DNA of 64,000 nt from the human T2T-CHM13v2.0 reference genome, Homo sapiens. The stretch is taken from the NCBI RefSeq assembly GCF_009914755.1, contig NC_060925.1. The stretch is one strand, 5' to 3'. This document shows positions 41,589-57,238 of the stretch, one piece after another (position 1 is the first letter of the stretch; each line of letters starts with the position of its first letter). The notes beneath the pieces are model-generated. The model did not search any database and had not been told where the DNA came from. It saw nothing but the letters and a program-made list of their open reading frames with translations. A program made the translations under genes and the position numbers.

Positions 41589-44500
41589 GTGAGTGGCCTT
41601 GGCCGGCCTGGCGCCCCCACGCTGGGAACCAGGCTGGCATCAACCAGGCGGGGCCAGGAAGGTCCTCTGTGGCCTTGGGGATGCGGGTCCGGAGCCCCAT
41701 CTTGCTGGAATGACAGTGGCACCGTGAGCTTAGCTTTTGCCCCACCTTCACTTGGCCCCTTGTAAGCTCCCTATACAACAGCCAGGGCACAAAATGCCAG
41801 GCCCACGTGACAGATGAAAAGAGTGAGGTTTGGAGACACAGAGCATGTAGAGGAAGAAGCAGGCCAAGAGTGGGCCAGGACCGGGTCTCCGGGGCCACAG
41901 ACAGGAGTGGAGGCCGGCTGGGGAGGGAAAGTATGGAACAGGGGAGGGGTGGCGGGAGCGGACCCTGCCTCCTGCCTTGCCCATCCACGTGGGATCTGGG
42001 CTTAGCCACCACCTCCTGGACTCAGGGCCTGCCTCGGCTCCCAGGCTGGGTGGCAAATAGATGATGGTAATTGAGCTGGATTTCATTTTGTCAGCAAAGT
42101 GGTGCTTTCTGAAGCATCTGTCAGGTGCAAATCACAGAATGCAAAACACCGAGTGAGGCAGGGAAGCTGGGGCTGCTCCGTACTTTGTTGCCGTGGCCAC
42201 AGCTCCCGGCAGCCGCTGGCGGCTCTCAGTGGCTTCTCCTGCCCCCTGTTCAGCGGGGCTCGGGAAAAACAAACATGGGTCTGGGGCTTTCCTGACCCAA
42301 GAAGAGCATGGGGGCTGTTTAGTGGTGGACACGTAGCCCACGGGGTTCAGGGACATTGATGGCCAGGGCTCAGGGCAAGGACCTGCCATCAGCAGGGCCT
42401 GAGGGGGTGGGTCAGTGGCTCACTCAGAAGCAGAACTGTCCCTGGAGCTGGGCTGGAGGGAGGAAGCAGCTGTTGGTCACCATATACAGCGGGGGGACTG
42501 AAATATTCTTTCTGCGGCTGGGAGGAAAGGTGAAGGTCCTGTGCCTGGGAGGGCCCAGGCTGAGGCTACGGGCACCTGCGGTGATGCTAATCCTGAGAGT
42601 CCCCTGGGTGCTCGGATTTAGGGATCTGCTCCCAGCCTCAAGGTTGGGGATGAGGGTCAGGAGGGACAGAGGGGTCTGTGTGGCAAGGGAGGCCCCCCAG
42701 TGGGTGACAGCCCTGCCCGCCAAGGGCAGGACCACAAGACTGAGCTTCCTCACGTGTCGTCCTTTGAGCCAAGTACCCCGTGGGGAGGTTTGGACCAGGC
42801 TTGCCTCAGTGCTTCTGCCTGGAACCTCGAGGCAGGCAGCCCAGGGACCTCCTGAGCTCAGACCACACCCAGTGGCAACCTTCTTAACTGCAGCCCTGAC
42901 CACATCCCTCTCTGCTTAAAACCACTCAATGCCCATTCAATGCACGCTCAATGCCCAAGCTCCTGAGCACAGCCTGCAGCCCCCCCACCCGCAGCCCCCG
43001 GCCTCTGCAGGACTCTGCGCCCTTTCCACCTGCTGTAGTCCCCACTCCCCAGAGCCTGCTGCCTCTCCACCTGCCCCTCTCCCTGGCTCTGCCTGCTCAC
43101 CCCACCTTTCCCTCAGCTCTCAGCCTCTCCACAGGCCCTCCCACCACCCAGCTGGGCCTTCACACCCCTGTGCCCTGGCCTCCTCGAGCCCCCACGGGGG
43201 AGATGTCAGCTTCCCGCGCTTCATCAGGAGGGGCCTCGTGAGCCTCTTCAAAATGCTGCCGAGCACCGGGAAGCATGGGGAAATGGCACAGCTGCCCTTG
43301 GGAAGCCCTCCGGCTCTCTGCACAGTGCTGGGTGTGCACAAGGCCCTGGAAATAGCCCTGGAATGGTGGGGGGGAAGGGACCTGCCCAGGGTCCTGAGCA
43401 GAGGACAGAAGCTGCAGTGTCCTGGCTCTGGGAGCCGGGGCTGCTGAGTGGCACTTTCCCAAGGGCAGGCCAGAGGCTAGGAGTCTGGGGCACCGGTGCT
43501 GCGGGCCCTGCTGTCAGGCCCGCCTGCCTGCCTTCGTACTCAGTACATAGGGGGCACCTCACTATGCAGGGCTGGCACCGGACACTGGGTCCTGCCTAGA
43601 CCCCGCCCCAGGGGGCCTACTGATACTTTCTCTGCCGCAGAGCCTCAGCTGGGCCAGCGCTATGACTGCTGACCAGGAATGCTGGTGCCCCCTGGCCAGG
43701 GCGGTAGAAAGAGTCAGGGCTGGCAAGTCAGGAGGCAGGTGCTCATCCTGGCTTCATGGCTGCCCCTCTACACAGCCCCAGACCAATGCCCCACCCTCTC
43801 TGCACCCCAGTACCCCTTCTATAAAGGGGTAGCAAGAATCTAGCAGCCTCTGCCCTAAGACCAGCACTTCCAGCCATCTCAGGGGGCCCGGCTCAGCTCC
43901 TCCACCCCTGCACACCATGTCCAAGGGGCTGAGGCTGCCAGCCTGTCCCATTTCTTGGGAGGTGGAGTCACTCCAGAGGGCTCAGCTTGGTCCTGCAGAA
44001 GCTGCCATGGCTGAGTGCACTCCAGGCCTGCAGGAAGTAGCCTGGAACCTCCTTTCTGGGGCTTAGTCAGTGCTTTCAAAATTAGGGTCCTAAGTACTCT
44101 TGCCTTGAAAGGGTGACCAGGGTCCAGGTGCTTCTGAAGCTCCTCCCACCCCTCAGTGTTTACATTTAGAGGGGAGTTCCTGCTCAAAACAAGTCTTCAG
44201 TCAGGAGGAGGAGTTGCCTTCCTGGCCTTTCTGAGCCTTCTGTCTGCTTCTTCTTAGGTCACTAGAAGGAATTCCTCTTGTCAGATTCCACTGGAAAATG
44301 AGGGCCCCTTTGCTGGACAGAGGCCCCATCCATATGGCCGGGGAGCAGCCCCAATCCCCTGGGCCCCAGCAAAAGTTCCAAGAGATTGTGTGAGCCAGAG
44401 ATTAGCCAAGGAGGTTCTCCCAAGGGAAAAGATGCCTTTCAAGGTGGCTCCTACAGTCAGAGGCTGCTAGCCTGGGCCTTCCCAAATTCTTCTCGACACA

Positions 44501-45449
44501 CACAGACAGCCCTTCTCCTTCAGCCATATGCTCCCCATTTTTCCTGGAGCTGCCCATCCATCAGACAGGAATGCCACCTCCAGGCTGGGTGGGAGGAATT
44601 AGGCTTTATGAACTCCAGGGGGTGGAAACCAGTCCGGAGCCAGCCTCCAATGCTGAACTGGAGGGAACTGTGAATGCCTGCTCAAAAATCTGCAGTGCAT
44701 CAGAAAATTATGTAAAACTACAACAAACTCCCCATAAATCTAATAACACTCAGCTCTCTGGTGTCTTGGGCTGGGGGAAGCAGAGCCGCACACAATTCCT
44801 TGGCTCGGGCGTGCGTGTGCACGGCTCTGACAGAAACACAGCCCGAGAAACAGCCCTGGAAATGCGGCTGCAGGAGAAGGCGCAGATGACGATCAGGCTT
44901 GGAACACACAGAGGGCACCAGCTAAGTGTGTGTGTCCGGGGACAGCAGAGGTGTGCTGAGAGCCAAGAAGACCTCAGATTTGATTCCAGAATCAGGCGGG
45001 TCACCCAACACTGGAGCCAAACACATTAGCTTCATCCCATTTTCACATAAATCGCGTGCCTTCGAAGACTTCACAGTTTGATTTCCTGATGTTTCCAAAT
45101 TTCCCTGCCCGCCAGCGGAGTTGTCAGCGGTTTAATCACAATGTCGTGCTCCCCAGGGCTGAAGGGAGATGGGTCTGCAGCCTTCACCTCACCTGCTGTG
45201 AGATGGGGGCTCCGTGACCTTATGCCCTGGGAATCTCACCAGGCTGATTCAGAGAATCCCATCCTGGTCCTTGCAGCTGTGCCCTTTGGTCAGAAGGGGG
45301 CTTCCCTTCCACCTGCAATCTGAGGAATGCTTCCTTCAGATGAAAAAAAACACACACAGAAATAAATGAAGATAGCTGATAGGAATTCCCAGGACATTCC
45401 CAGAGATCTTTCCTGTCTTTTGGAATCCCTTCTGTAATCATGAGACTAT

Positions 45450-45830
45450 GGGTCCTGCTGCTATGAGGAAGACCAAAATAACAGTGGCTTCAATGAAAGG
45501 GAAGCTCCTTTGGCTTTCATGTCACAGTTCAGGGTTGATGTGGCAGCCCCAGGGTCAGGGATCGGCCACCCTGGCTCCCTCCGGGTGGCTGCTCCCCATT
45601 CCTAGGGCTTTGCCTTCTTTTACATGGTCCAAAATGGCTACTCCAGCTCCTGCCATTGCAACTGCATTCCAACCAGTGGAAAGAGGAGAAAATAAGGTGG
45701 AGGGTGAGTTCCTTCCCTTTAAGCCCACAACTTGCATACATCATTTCATCTCTGGTGTCGTTGGACAGAATTTTGTCATATGGTTACTCCTAGTTGCAAG
45801 AGAGTCTGGGAAGTGTCGTTTTTTGCTTTG
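45450..45830 (-). mobile_element. MLT1-type MaLR LTR
   Basis: CCAAAATAACAGTGGCTT...CCAAAATGGCTACTCCAGCTCC...TAGTTGCAAGAGAGTCTGGGAAGTG. Confidence 0.6.
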
Positions 45831-46964
45831 TAGTTCCATCCTAACGTACTTTGGGGAAAGAGGTTCTGCATGTGAATCATTCAGGGCTGAGTAGAGCTGT
45901 GCTTAGCCTGGGGTGCCCCTGTGGGCTTCAGCTTTCTGGCTTATAGTGCACAGAATTGCCCATCTCAGTCCAAGGCCTGGCAATGACTGTCTGAGGCGCC
46001 GTCTGAGGCCTGGAGTTTACAGTACGCAAGTGATCTAAAGCTTAGTATGTCTCATCCTGGAAATTCCAGGGTCTGTTCCAATGCAGCTGGTCTGAGAGAG
46101 CACCAGATTTGCACCCAGTAAACCCCCATAGTGTGAGTGAGGAGCTGAAGGGGGAGTCCTCTCCTCCCAGATTAGCCACTGAGAGATGACTTTGAGTGGA
46201 GTCGACTGCTCTGCCAGGCAGGCTCTGTGCTTCTGTCCTGCCAAGCTGGCAGGAAACTTGCTCAGTGATCTTGGGCTGCTCAGAGCCACAGTGGTTCTAA
46301 ACTGCCATGCCCCAAACCTTGCACCCTTGGCTCCACTGGAACCTACAGAAAGCCAGATGGAACCGTTTCCTCGGAGAAGATCCTCTCCCTCTGAGCACCC
46401 GTGGCTTTCTTCCCTGCCCATTTCCTGGCAGCCCAGGAGGGGATGGCACGCCAGGCATTTCCCAGCAAGCTGTTGGTGAGGTTGTTCCATCCGGAGTGAG
46501 TGGCGAGGGCATGACTTCTAAGCTGTGTTCACAGCCCTTCCCGTGTGGTGATCTTGTCCCAGCTCTCCCACCTGGAGGCTCCTCTTGGAGTGCCCTGGCT
46601 GGCCAGATGGCCCTGCAGCCATGAGCAAGTCCTAGGCCTTCCTGCAGGCTTCGAAGGCCCGGAAATCAGCAGGCAGCTCCCCCAGCCGCCTCGGGGTTTA
46701 GCTCCACCCTGCCTGCCAGCCCCAGAGCTCCGCTGGCATCAGGCCAGAGTACTCAGGCCTCTGGGGCAGGTGTCCTCTGCAGCACTGGGCGGGCGGCAGG
46801 AGGGCTGGCTGTGGAATCAGCAGAGCCCCAGGGCCTACGCCCACACCACACAAGTGCTCTGTGCACCTCCATGCTTCTGCACGGGCACACGACGTATCCA
46901 CAGGCACGAGTGTGTGGGGATTCAGCACCTCCACCCCCACACTTCCTCCAAAAGCAACCTCACC

Positions 46965-47878
46965 TCCATGGCAGGTGGTGGAGGCCATAGTAAATGTGAG
47001 GCCACAAAGGCCATGTTGAAAGTGGAGGTGGAGGCCATCCTGAATGTGGGGTGGAGGCCATAGTGAGTGCAGGTGAAGGCCCTGGTGAGTTTGGTGGGGG
47101 CCCTGGTGAATTGGGTGGAGGCCATGGTGAGTTGGGTGGAGGCCCTGGTAAGTGTGAGCGGAGGCCCCGTTGAGGTGGATGGAGGCCCTGGTGACTGCAG
47201 GTGGAGGCCATGGTGACTGTGAGGGTGGAGGCCATGGTGATTGTGAAGGTGGAGGCTATGGTGAGTTGGGTGGAGGCTCTGCCCTGGTGAGTTGGATGGA
47301 GGCCATAGTGAGTGTGGTTGGAGGCCACGGTGAGTTGGGTGGAGGCCCTGGTGAGTTGGGTGGAGGCCACGGTGAGTTGGGTGGAGGCCCTGGTAAGTTG
47401 GATGGAGGCCATAGTGAGTGTGGTTGGAGGCCCTGGTGAGTTGGGTGGAGGCCCTGGTGAGTGTGACTGGAGGCCCTGTTGAGGCGGATGGAGGCCCTGG
47501 TGACTGAGGGTGGAGGCCATGGTGACTGTGAGGGTGAGGGCCCTGGTGAGTGGTTGGAGGCCATGGTAACTGTGAAGGTGGAGGCTGTGGTGAGTTGGGT
47601 GGAGGCCCTGGTGAGTTGGGTGGAGGCTCTGGTGGGTTGGGAGGAGGTCCTGGTGAGTGTGAGCAGAGGCCCTGGTGAGGTAGAGGCCCTGGTGACTGAG
47701 GGTGGAGGCCATGGTGACTGTGAGGGTGAAAGTCATGGTGAGTTGGGTAGAGGCCATGGTGACTGTGAGGGTGGAGGCCATGGTGAGTGGGGTGGAGGCC
47801 ACAGTGAGTTGGAATGGAGGCCCTAGTGAGTGTGAATGGAGGCCCTGTTGAGTTGGGTGGAGGCCCTGGCAAGTGTGG
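46965..47878 (+). repeat. Minisatellite, ~21-bp unit GGTGGAGGCC(C/A)TGGTGAGTTG, ~40 copies
   Basis: Direct inspection. Confidence 0.95.
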
Positions 47879-48441
47879 GCTTGCTTGTGCTGTCATGGCC
47901 CCCACAGTCCATCTCCCCTAACACACTGGTCCTCACCTGCAGCCTGTTGGTTTTCCAGGGGCCAGGGTGTCAGTCCTGCCAGCCTTCAGCATCTGTAAGG
48001 CAGTGCTGCCGAGACACCACACCGTTTCCAGTACCGGGCCTCGGATGGGGTGGCTGCAAACGGGCCCCTCATTGCTGAGCAGTGGCTGCAGTGGCAGAGA
48101 AATCTGCTCAGAGCGGCTGCTTAGCCAGCACCTGCTCTCCAGGGACCCAGCTCAGGCTGGGAGAGGTCGCAGAGCCCAGGATCCCCAGACCCCCAGCCTC
48201 CCTCCCTCTGTTCCGGAGGCCCTCGCTGTTGCCAGTACCCAAGCCTGGGGTTGTATGTTCAATGCGCCTTTTGTTTTCTCATAATTTTTCAGACAAAGAC
48301 CAAAGATCCAGAAGGGGGGGGGGGCTGTGTTTATTTGTTTTGTTTTTTGCTTAGATTGTAATCCTGGTGATTATAGAATATCAAGAAGGAAAATCAACAA
48401 AGCCTTCCTTCCTGGGGCTCGCGGAGCCGTTCCTGGTCGAC

Positions 48442-48460
48442 CAGCGCCACCTGGTGGCCA
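48442..48460 (-). promoter_or_regulatory. Predicted CTCF binding site
   Basis: Minus strand TGGCCACCAGGTGGCGCTG versus consensus TGGCCACCAGGGGGCGCTA. Confidence 0.7.
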
Positions 48461-48791
48461 GTGGCAGCGGCCCCGCTCGGAGATGGGAGCCCCAGGGAAG
48501 CCTGACTCCCCGGTCCAGGCCACCTGGAGCTTGCAGGCGGGGGCCTGTCCCACCCGCGCCTCTGGACCTGGTGTCTGAGATGTGCTAGGAGGCTGTTTGG
48601 GGACCTGCTCTGTAATTCTGGAGTGGTGGGGCTTGGGGTGGGGCTGGAACTAGCAGCAGGAGACCCTAGGGAGAGGTGCCTGTGCCCACCTTTTTTCCTC
48701 TCCAGCTCAGTCGATCCTGATCCAGTATCACCTGGCTGGCTGGGGACGGCGGGCTGGGAGCTCCGAGCCTGACTAGGAACAGGTATCCCTA

Positions 48792-49441
<650 letters not shown>

Positions 49442-52400
49442 GAGAGAGAGAAGGGAAGAGAGCTGCAAAAACTTTTCCCCCATGGAGCTACAGGTGTGGG
49501 CACAGTAAGGAGTGGGGGGATCAGCCCCGGGTGGGAGAGAGAGGGGGTGTTGTTAGAGGGACTCTTTCTGGCCAGCAGTGTTCACTTAGAGGCGTGTTCC
49601 AGGGTCACTACCTCTGAGCAGAGACTTCTGGGATAGGAGCAAATGGCTGAATGTCAGGAGTGAGCTCGGGCCCCCCAGGCCACCCAGTTCTGGGGCTCAG
49701 AGGGAGCCAAGCCGGCTGCAGTCTTACCCTGGAATCCACCAAGGTCCCAGAAAGCCTGAGCAGAGACAATGGTTCCCCCTCAGAACCACCTGGGAGGGGC
49801 TGAAAGGCAGGCCCTTCCCCAGACATTCTGACTCCCTGGGTCTGGAGTGGGCTCCAGACACTGAGTTTTTTATGAAGCTAGGTTCTTGTGCTGGGGTCCC
49901 CAGGACCATACTTTTTAAGGAACCCCGGCCTATAGCAGCCTCTGGCGAGAGGCCAGCCAAGAGCAGGACCAGCACCTCTTTGGGCCACAGGCCTCCTTTC
50001 TCACATCCAGGTGCGAGGAGGGCAGGCGTTGGAGGCCACACGGAGCTTAGTGTAGCCACACTCCCAGAGGAAGCCAGTCCCCAGCATGCACTAAGTACTG
50101 GGTGTACCATTTCTGGATGTTCCAGGACTGTGTGAGGACTTTCCGTAGACTCTGGGTTAAGAAATACGACTCTAGAAGTTTCCTTGTTTTGCAGCTGAGG
50201 TGTTGGTGCCGGCACATGGTGGAGCCTTGCCAGACACTTGTTGACTTGCACTTGTGAGAAACCCTGGAGTTGCATAAGAGGAAGCACATCTGTGTCCCCA
50301 CGGCAGCCCAGACAGCAGCTCGGTCCCTGAGAGCAGAGGCCCGGCTCCCTGCCTGCATCTGCGGGGCCTGGGAGTCATGGGGGAGGCAGCGATAGCGCTG
50401 GGGGTTCCTGGAGAGGATTTCCTCTGCCTTTTACCCTTCCCTTTGGGAAGGAGCTGCTGCCATGAGGAGCAGGCAGGGCAGGTTCCTGGAATCTCCAGGT
50501 GGGTCCCAGCCCTCTTCCTGGCTCCTGCCAGAATGCCTGCAGCCCCCTTCCAACCTGGCATGGAGGACAGCAGAGGGTGGGCACGGAGAGGCTGACTTGA
50601 GTGTGGGGCTTCCTTCCTACTTTGCTTCCAGGATCCAGGTTTGTTTTGCAAATGTTGGTTTCTCACTCCAGCTAGTTTTATGGAGCCGATCCGGCCCCCA
50701 AGGAGGACTGGAAGAGAAATACTGCTTTTGATTTCCTGTCTCTCCTGGCGTCTTGCTGCCCAGGGCCGCTTCAAGGCCGCATAGCTGCTTCCGTGACAGG
50801 AGATCCCCCTTTTGTGGAGTGCGCCCCTGTGCTGGTGTTGGGGATACAGGACCCCACCGACGTCCTGGGCCCTGACTGCTATGCAGAGCTGATGCTGAGC
50901 CCTGCTAGGTGCCAGGGAGTGGTTCTGTCAAAGTTAGAATTCATTGCCAACATTCAAATCTCCAGATTTTCAGCCTCTCTTTAAAAATGGAAGGCTCCAG
51001 GCCAGGTAGTTGGGAGCTCAGAGGCGGCTGCTCTGTGGACCGAGCCTGGCTTCCTGCGGCGCTACCTCCCCACACACCAGGAGGCACCTGAGTCCAGGAG
51101 GCCCTAGAGCAGTCTTACCAGGAGCAAGATGGAAGCATCCAGAATCCCACTTGGTCCCCCACCCCTCTTTCCAAGTGGCCTGGAGGGGCAGATAACCCTG
51201 AGGCTCTGACGCTGCCAGGCGGCCGGCACTCCTAGCGCACTCACACTTCACCCACGGTGCAAAGAATTCCCAGCCTGGTAACAATGCCGCTTCGCACATC
51301 AGGAGAAGATTCCGAGAGCCTCAGGATGGCTCTAAAGTGCCACTTTGTATGTCACTGAGCACCTTGGAGATTTCCTGTGAGGCCAGTTACAGGGGTAAAG
51401 GACATGCCACCCCACACGCTCTGTATTTCCTGATGATGGAGTCACTGGCCGGGCTGGAATGGCGCCTCTCCCTACCCCTCATTGACAATGTCTGTCCCAC
51501 TTGCAAGAAGAAAGAATACGGGAAGGTCAAGCTCTCAACACCCTGGCAGTCTGCTGGACCCTCCACCCCCGCCTTTTCCAGAGGACGTGTGATGTTGGGA
51601 CGAAGCCCATGCCCCCTGGCAGAGGGAGGACTGTGATGCCCCAACAGCGAGCACCAGAAATGACAGGCTCACTGGGGACACGGCAGATAGGTCCCCGCAT
51701 GTGCACACGGTGGGCGCACACTCCATCCCGTCCCCCCTCAGCCTCTGCGCTCCTCGAAATGAGATTTCTGAAAATTTTGTCCTCAGGACCAATAGGCGAA
51801 TGAGAGTTGAGTGGTGAGATCGGGAAATTGAATAGTATGTGGGTGTCTGGATATGAGAAGTTAAATCTAATGAAAATTTCATCCAGTTGAACCAAGAAAT
51901 CAGAAACAGGGCCTTTATTCCTGTCAACAAGAATACAGTGAAAATTAAACCAACCCGGCTGCCATTTCCCATTGACCTTGTCGCCATGGAGACAGCCTTC
52001 TAGTGTCAACAACACCGAGGACTCCGAAGGGGCCTCATTCACTCCAGGAGAGGCACGTGGCCGCTCCCTCTCCCGTCCGCCTCCGGCACGTGGTTCATAA
52101 GGAGAGCAGCCACACGTCCAGGGTTGCTGGAGAGCAACCCAGCCTATACCAGCACCTGGACAAATGACCACAGCACCCTTTGTTGGCTCCCAAGGTGACC
52201 TGGCTTGACTAGTTAAATGGCCACCCTCTTTCTGGGTCTTTCTTGGGTGGCAGGGTACCTAGGTGGGTGGACTGGACGAGCCCAGATGGAGGAGGAGGAC
52301 AGGGCCCCCCACAGCCCTCCAGAAAAGGACACTGCCCCTCGTCCTTGCCACCTGCTCATCACAGCACCCAGAAATCTCTTCTCATGCAAAGGAAGGCCAA

Positions 52401-53899
52401 GCGTCGATTCCAGCAGGTGCCGCCTGTACAGTTACCATGGTGACCAAAGCTCCAGGTGGCCTTGCCCTGTCATCCTTCCAAGAGTTACTGCCCCACAGAG
52501 CAGAGGGGACAGGTAGCTGGTTCTCACCCGTTCCAGGAGCCACCAGGGGCTGAGGCAGACTTCTGGAGTTCTCTCTGTCTCCTCGTCCAATTCCTTTCCA
52601 AAGTCTTCCAGGCAGGACTGCGGAGCAGAGAGCTTCCCCTCTTGTGAGGCTTTCCACCCTGGCCTGGGCAGATCTCCTGTGGATGCCATCACATCAGAAT
52701 CCAGGGGTGGGGCCACCTACCTGGATAGGGCCCAATGGCATACAGTCAGGTGAACTGGCAAGAGGCAACCACTTTCCAGATGAAGAAACTAAGATCCAGA
52801 GGAAACAAAGATCTTGTTCTAAGATCACACAGTGCATGAGGGAAACAGCTGCGGCCACATGGGGGCCCCGACCCCAGGCCAGCACGGTGCTGCCACCCGG
52901 TCTCCCACTGTTTCTAAATTCTCGCCTCTTCTTCCCACATAGCCAGCACAGGGCATCGCACTTGGAGGTTTTCCCTGCCCTTTGGGAAAGCCCCACCACT
53001 GCATGGGACAGCCATGTCAGGAATGAAAGACAGCCAAGACGAAGCTGCCCCTCAGCCCCCTGCCATCCCTCAGGGGGTCCCCTCCCACCCCCACCATACC
53101 CCAAATGAAGAGGCCCTGTCGTGGAGCCAAGCATTGCCCCCACACATCCTGTACCGTCTGGAATGAACCCTTCTTAGCTTCTTTGGGTTTTTATAGAAAT
53201 TCCCCCCAAATGCACCTCTAACCAGGCACAAAGCCTGCTGCCGTGACAAGACCAGCACATGCCTCAGGGAAGCCCCAGCTCCCAGGCTTGGATGCAGCGT
53301 TGCTGAGATGTCCTCCTTGCAGCAGCCTCCCAGGTTTTCTTCCCCCTTCCTCTCCTGCTTGCTCTGATTTTCCAAGAGCAAGTCCCCATCAGGCCCTGCC
53401 TCCCAGTTCCTCCCGTGGGAGGCTCAAGGACGAGTTTCTTCTGCCCTGGTCTGGGTGGCTTGGCCAGATGAGTGACAGCTGACCTGACCCCGAAGTGAGG
53501 AAATCCCAAGTGGGGAGCCAGGGACTCGGGAGCTTCTGCCCACTAAGGCCCCAGCCAGCAAGGCCTGGCCCCTCTGAGACAGCCCAGCATCTGCGAAGTC
53601 AGGGAGGGCAGGAGACGAAGCTGGGCATCAGCTTGGGATGACAGCATGTGGTCCAGCACCAGGACCCTGAGTTTCCTGCACAGTCACCAGCCCCTGGTGA
53701 AGGGGCCGAGGGAAACCAGACTTCCCTCCAGGAAGTGAAGTGAGTCTTGCTGCTCACGGCCAGCACCCTCTACCTCCAGATGGGGTCGCTTTTCTCCTCT
53801 GCCCACCACCGAGCTGCTGTCCAGTCTTCCTCACCTCCTCCTAGGAGCTGGTCCTGGCAGAGCTGAAAGCCAGGCAGGTCGCCCAGTGGAAAGAGCTTG

Positions 53900-54045
53900 A
53901 ATCTGCAGCCCCTCCTCACCCCCTACGCACCTGCTGTGTGACCTTGGGCAAGTTACATAACTTCTCTGAGTCTCGGTTTTGGCATTAATAAAATGGGGTA
54001 ATATATTCTGCCTCAAGGGATCACTGGGAGGTTAAAGATGTCATC
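53900..54045 (+). mobile_element. MIR SINE
   Basis: GCTGTGTGACCTTGGGCAAGTTACATAACTTCTCTGAGTCTCGGTTT. Confidence 0.75.
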
Positions 54046-54052
54046 TCTAGAC

Positions 54053-54222
54053 CTGAGCTTCTCAAACTTGAGTGTGCCTCGAAGGCCTATTAGGACGTGG
54101 ATGCTGGGCCCCAAACCCCAGCGTTTCTGATTCTGCAGGTTGGGGCGGGGCCTGAGAATGTGCGTTTCTAACAAGTGTCAGGTGATTCTAGTGCTGCGGG
54201 GGCCACACTTTGAGAACCACTG
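54053..54222. mobile_element. MER5A DNA transposon
   Basis: TTCTCAAACTTGAGTGTGC...GGGCCTGAGAATGTGCGTTTCTAACAAG...CACACTTTGAGAACCACTG. Confidence 0.85.
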
Positions 54223-54309
54223 CTCCACAGGAGAGTGTCTGGCCCCGTGCCCTGCCCACAGCAGAGGCTCAGTGGAGTACATAGTATTGTTATTATTTTT
54301 TTCCCCTTC

Positions 54310-54590
54310 TTTTTTTGAGACAGGGCCTCACTCTGTCACCCAGGCTGGAGTGCAGTGGCCCGATCACAGCTCACTGTAGCCTCGACCTCCCTGGGCTCAG
54401 GTGATCCTCCTGCCTCCGCCTCCCATGTAGCTGGGATTACAGGTGCCCACCACCACACCAGACTAATGTTTTTATTTTTTGTAGAGACTGGGTCTCGCCA
54501 TTTTGCCAAGGCTGGTCTCAAACTCCTGGGCTCAAGTGATCCACCCTCCCCAGCCTCCCAAAGTGCTGGCATGAGCCACCACACCTGGCC
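54310..54590 (-). mobile_element. Alu (AluJ-like)
   Basis: Antisense Alu with GATCACAGCTCACTGTAGCCTCGACCTCC. Confidence 0.95.
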
Positions 54591-55135
54591 TTGTTCTTTT
54601 TTTCTTTTTGGAGTCAACATATGAAGATGCTCACATACTGCCTGGCATGGAGGATATGTCCAATAACTATCATTGTTTTTGTTGTTATTACTGAGACATG
54701 AGCTCTGCTTATAGCTCACTGAGGGAAATGATGAACCAATTAAAAAAAAAAGTGCTAGGGAGGGCATGATTGAGAAATTGGCCATTCACTCATTCACTCT
54801 ACCAGCCTTTATTAAGCATCTACTATGTGCCAGGCATTGTTCTGAGGATGGGAGATGAGCAGTGAACAGCTTGGCAAGGCCTGCCCTCAGGATCCAAACT
54901 CCAGCTCCTAGGGACAGGCATGAGCAGCCAGGAAGGCTATTGTGATTTCTATACCCATAGTTCTCAAACTGGAGCATGCATTTGAATTCCCACGAGGGCC
55001 CCTTAGGACACAGGTGCTGGGCCCCATCCTGAGTCTGTGATTCGGTGGGTTTGGGGAGGGCCTGAGAATGAGCCAGAGGCGGGGGCTTGAGCTGGGCTGT
55101 GCTGGAAAGAAGGGTGGCATTTAAAGTGGTAGAAG

Positions 55136-56836
<1,701 letters not shown>

Positions 56837-56932
56837 TGTGCAGTGCATAGAGCAGGGTTGGTGTGGACCTTTAGCCACAGAGCCTGAGGATGGGGGAGGC
56901 CTGAGCCCCCATGCGGGGTGTGTTATTTAGCC

Positions 56933-57238
56933 TGCTGTGGTTTGAATGTTTTCCTCCGAAACTCATGTTGAAATTGAATTCCCAGTGCAACTGTGTCTGG
57001 AGGTGGGGCCCCATGGGAGGGATTAAACTGCTTTACTTAGGGTTTCTGGGAATGGATTCTTTTTCTTCGCCCTTCCACCATGCAATGACCTAGCAAGAAG
57101 GCCCTCACCAGGCACTGGCAGCTTGATATTGGACTTCCCAGCCTCCAAAACTATAAGCCAATACACTTGTGTTCTTTATGAATTTCCCAGTCTGTGGTAT
57201 TCTGTTGTAGCAGCACAAAAAAGACGAAGACTAAAACA
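56933..57238 (+). mobile_element. MST-type MaLR LTR (internally deleted)
   Basis: TGCTGTGGTTTGAATG...AAACTCATGTTGAAATT...GGACTTCCCAGCCTCCA...GACTAAAACA. Confidence 0.8.

Noticed and set aside
41258-41713. 151-aa ORF taken as a stand-alone protein
   Set aside because: Only 41435-41588 is bounded by splice sites and matches CAMTA1; the flanks are intron and MER20.
46922-47905. 327/280-aa mucin-like minus-strand ORFs; also CRISPR-like periodicity
   Set aside because: A 21-bp unit (multiple of 3) yields open frames by construction. There are no unique spacers and the context is eukaryotic.
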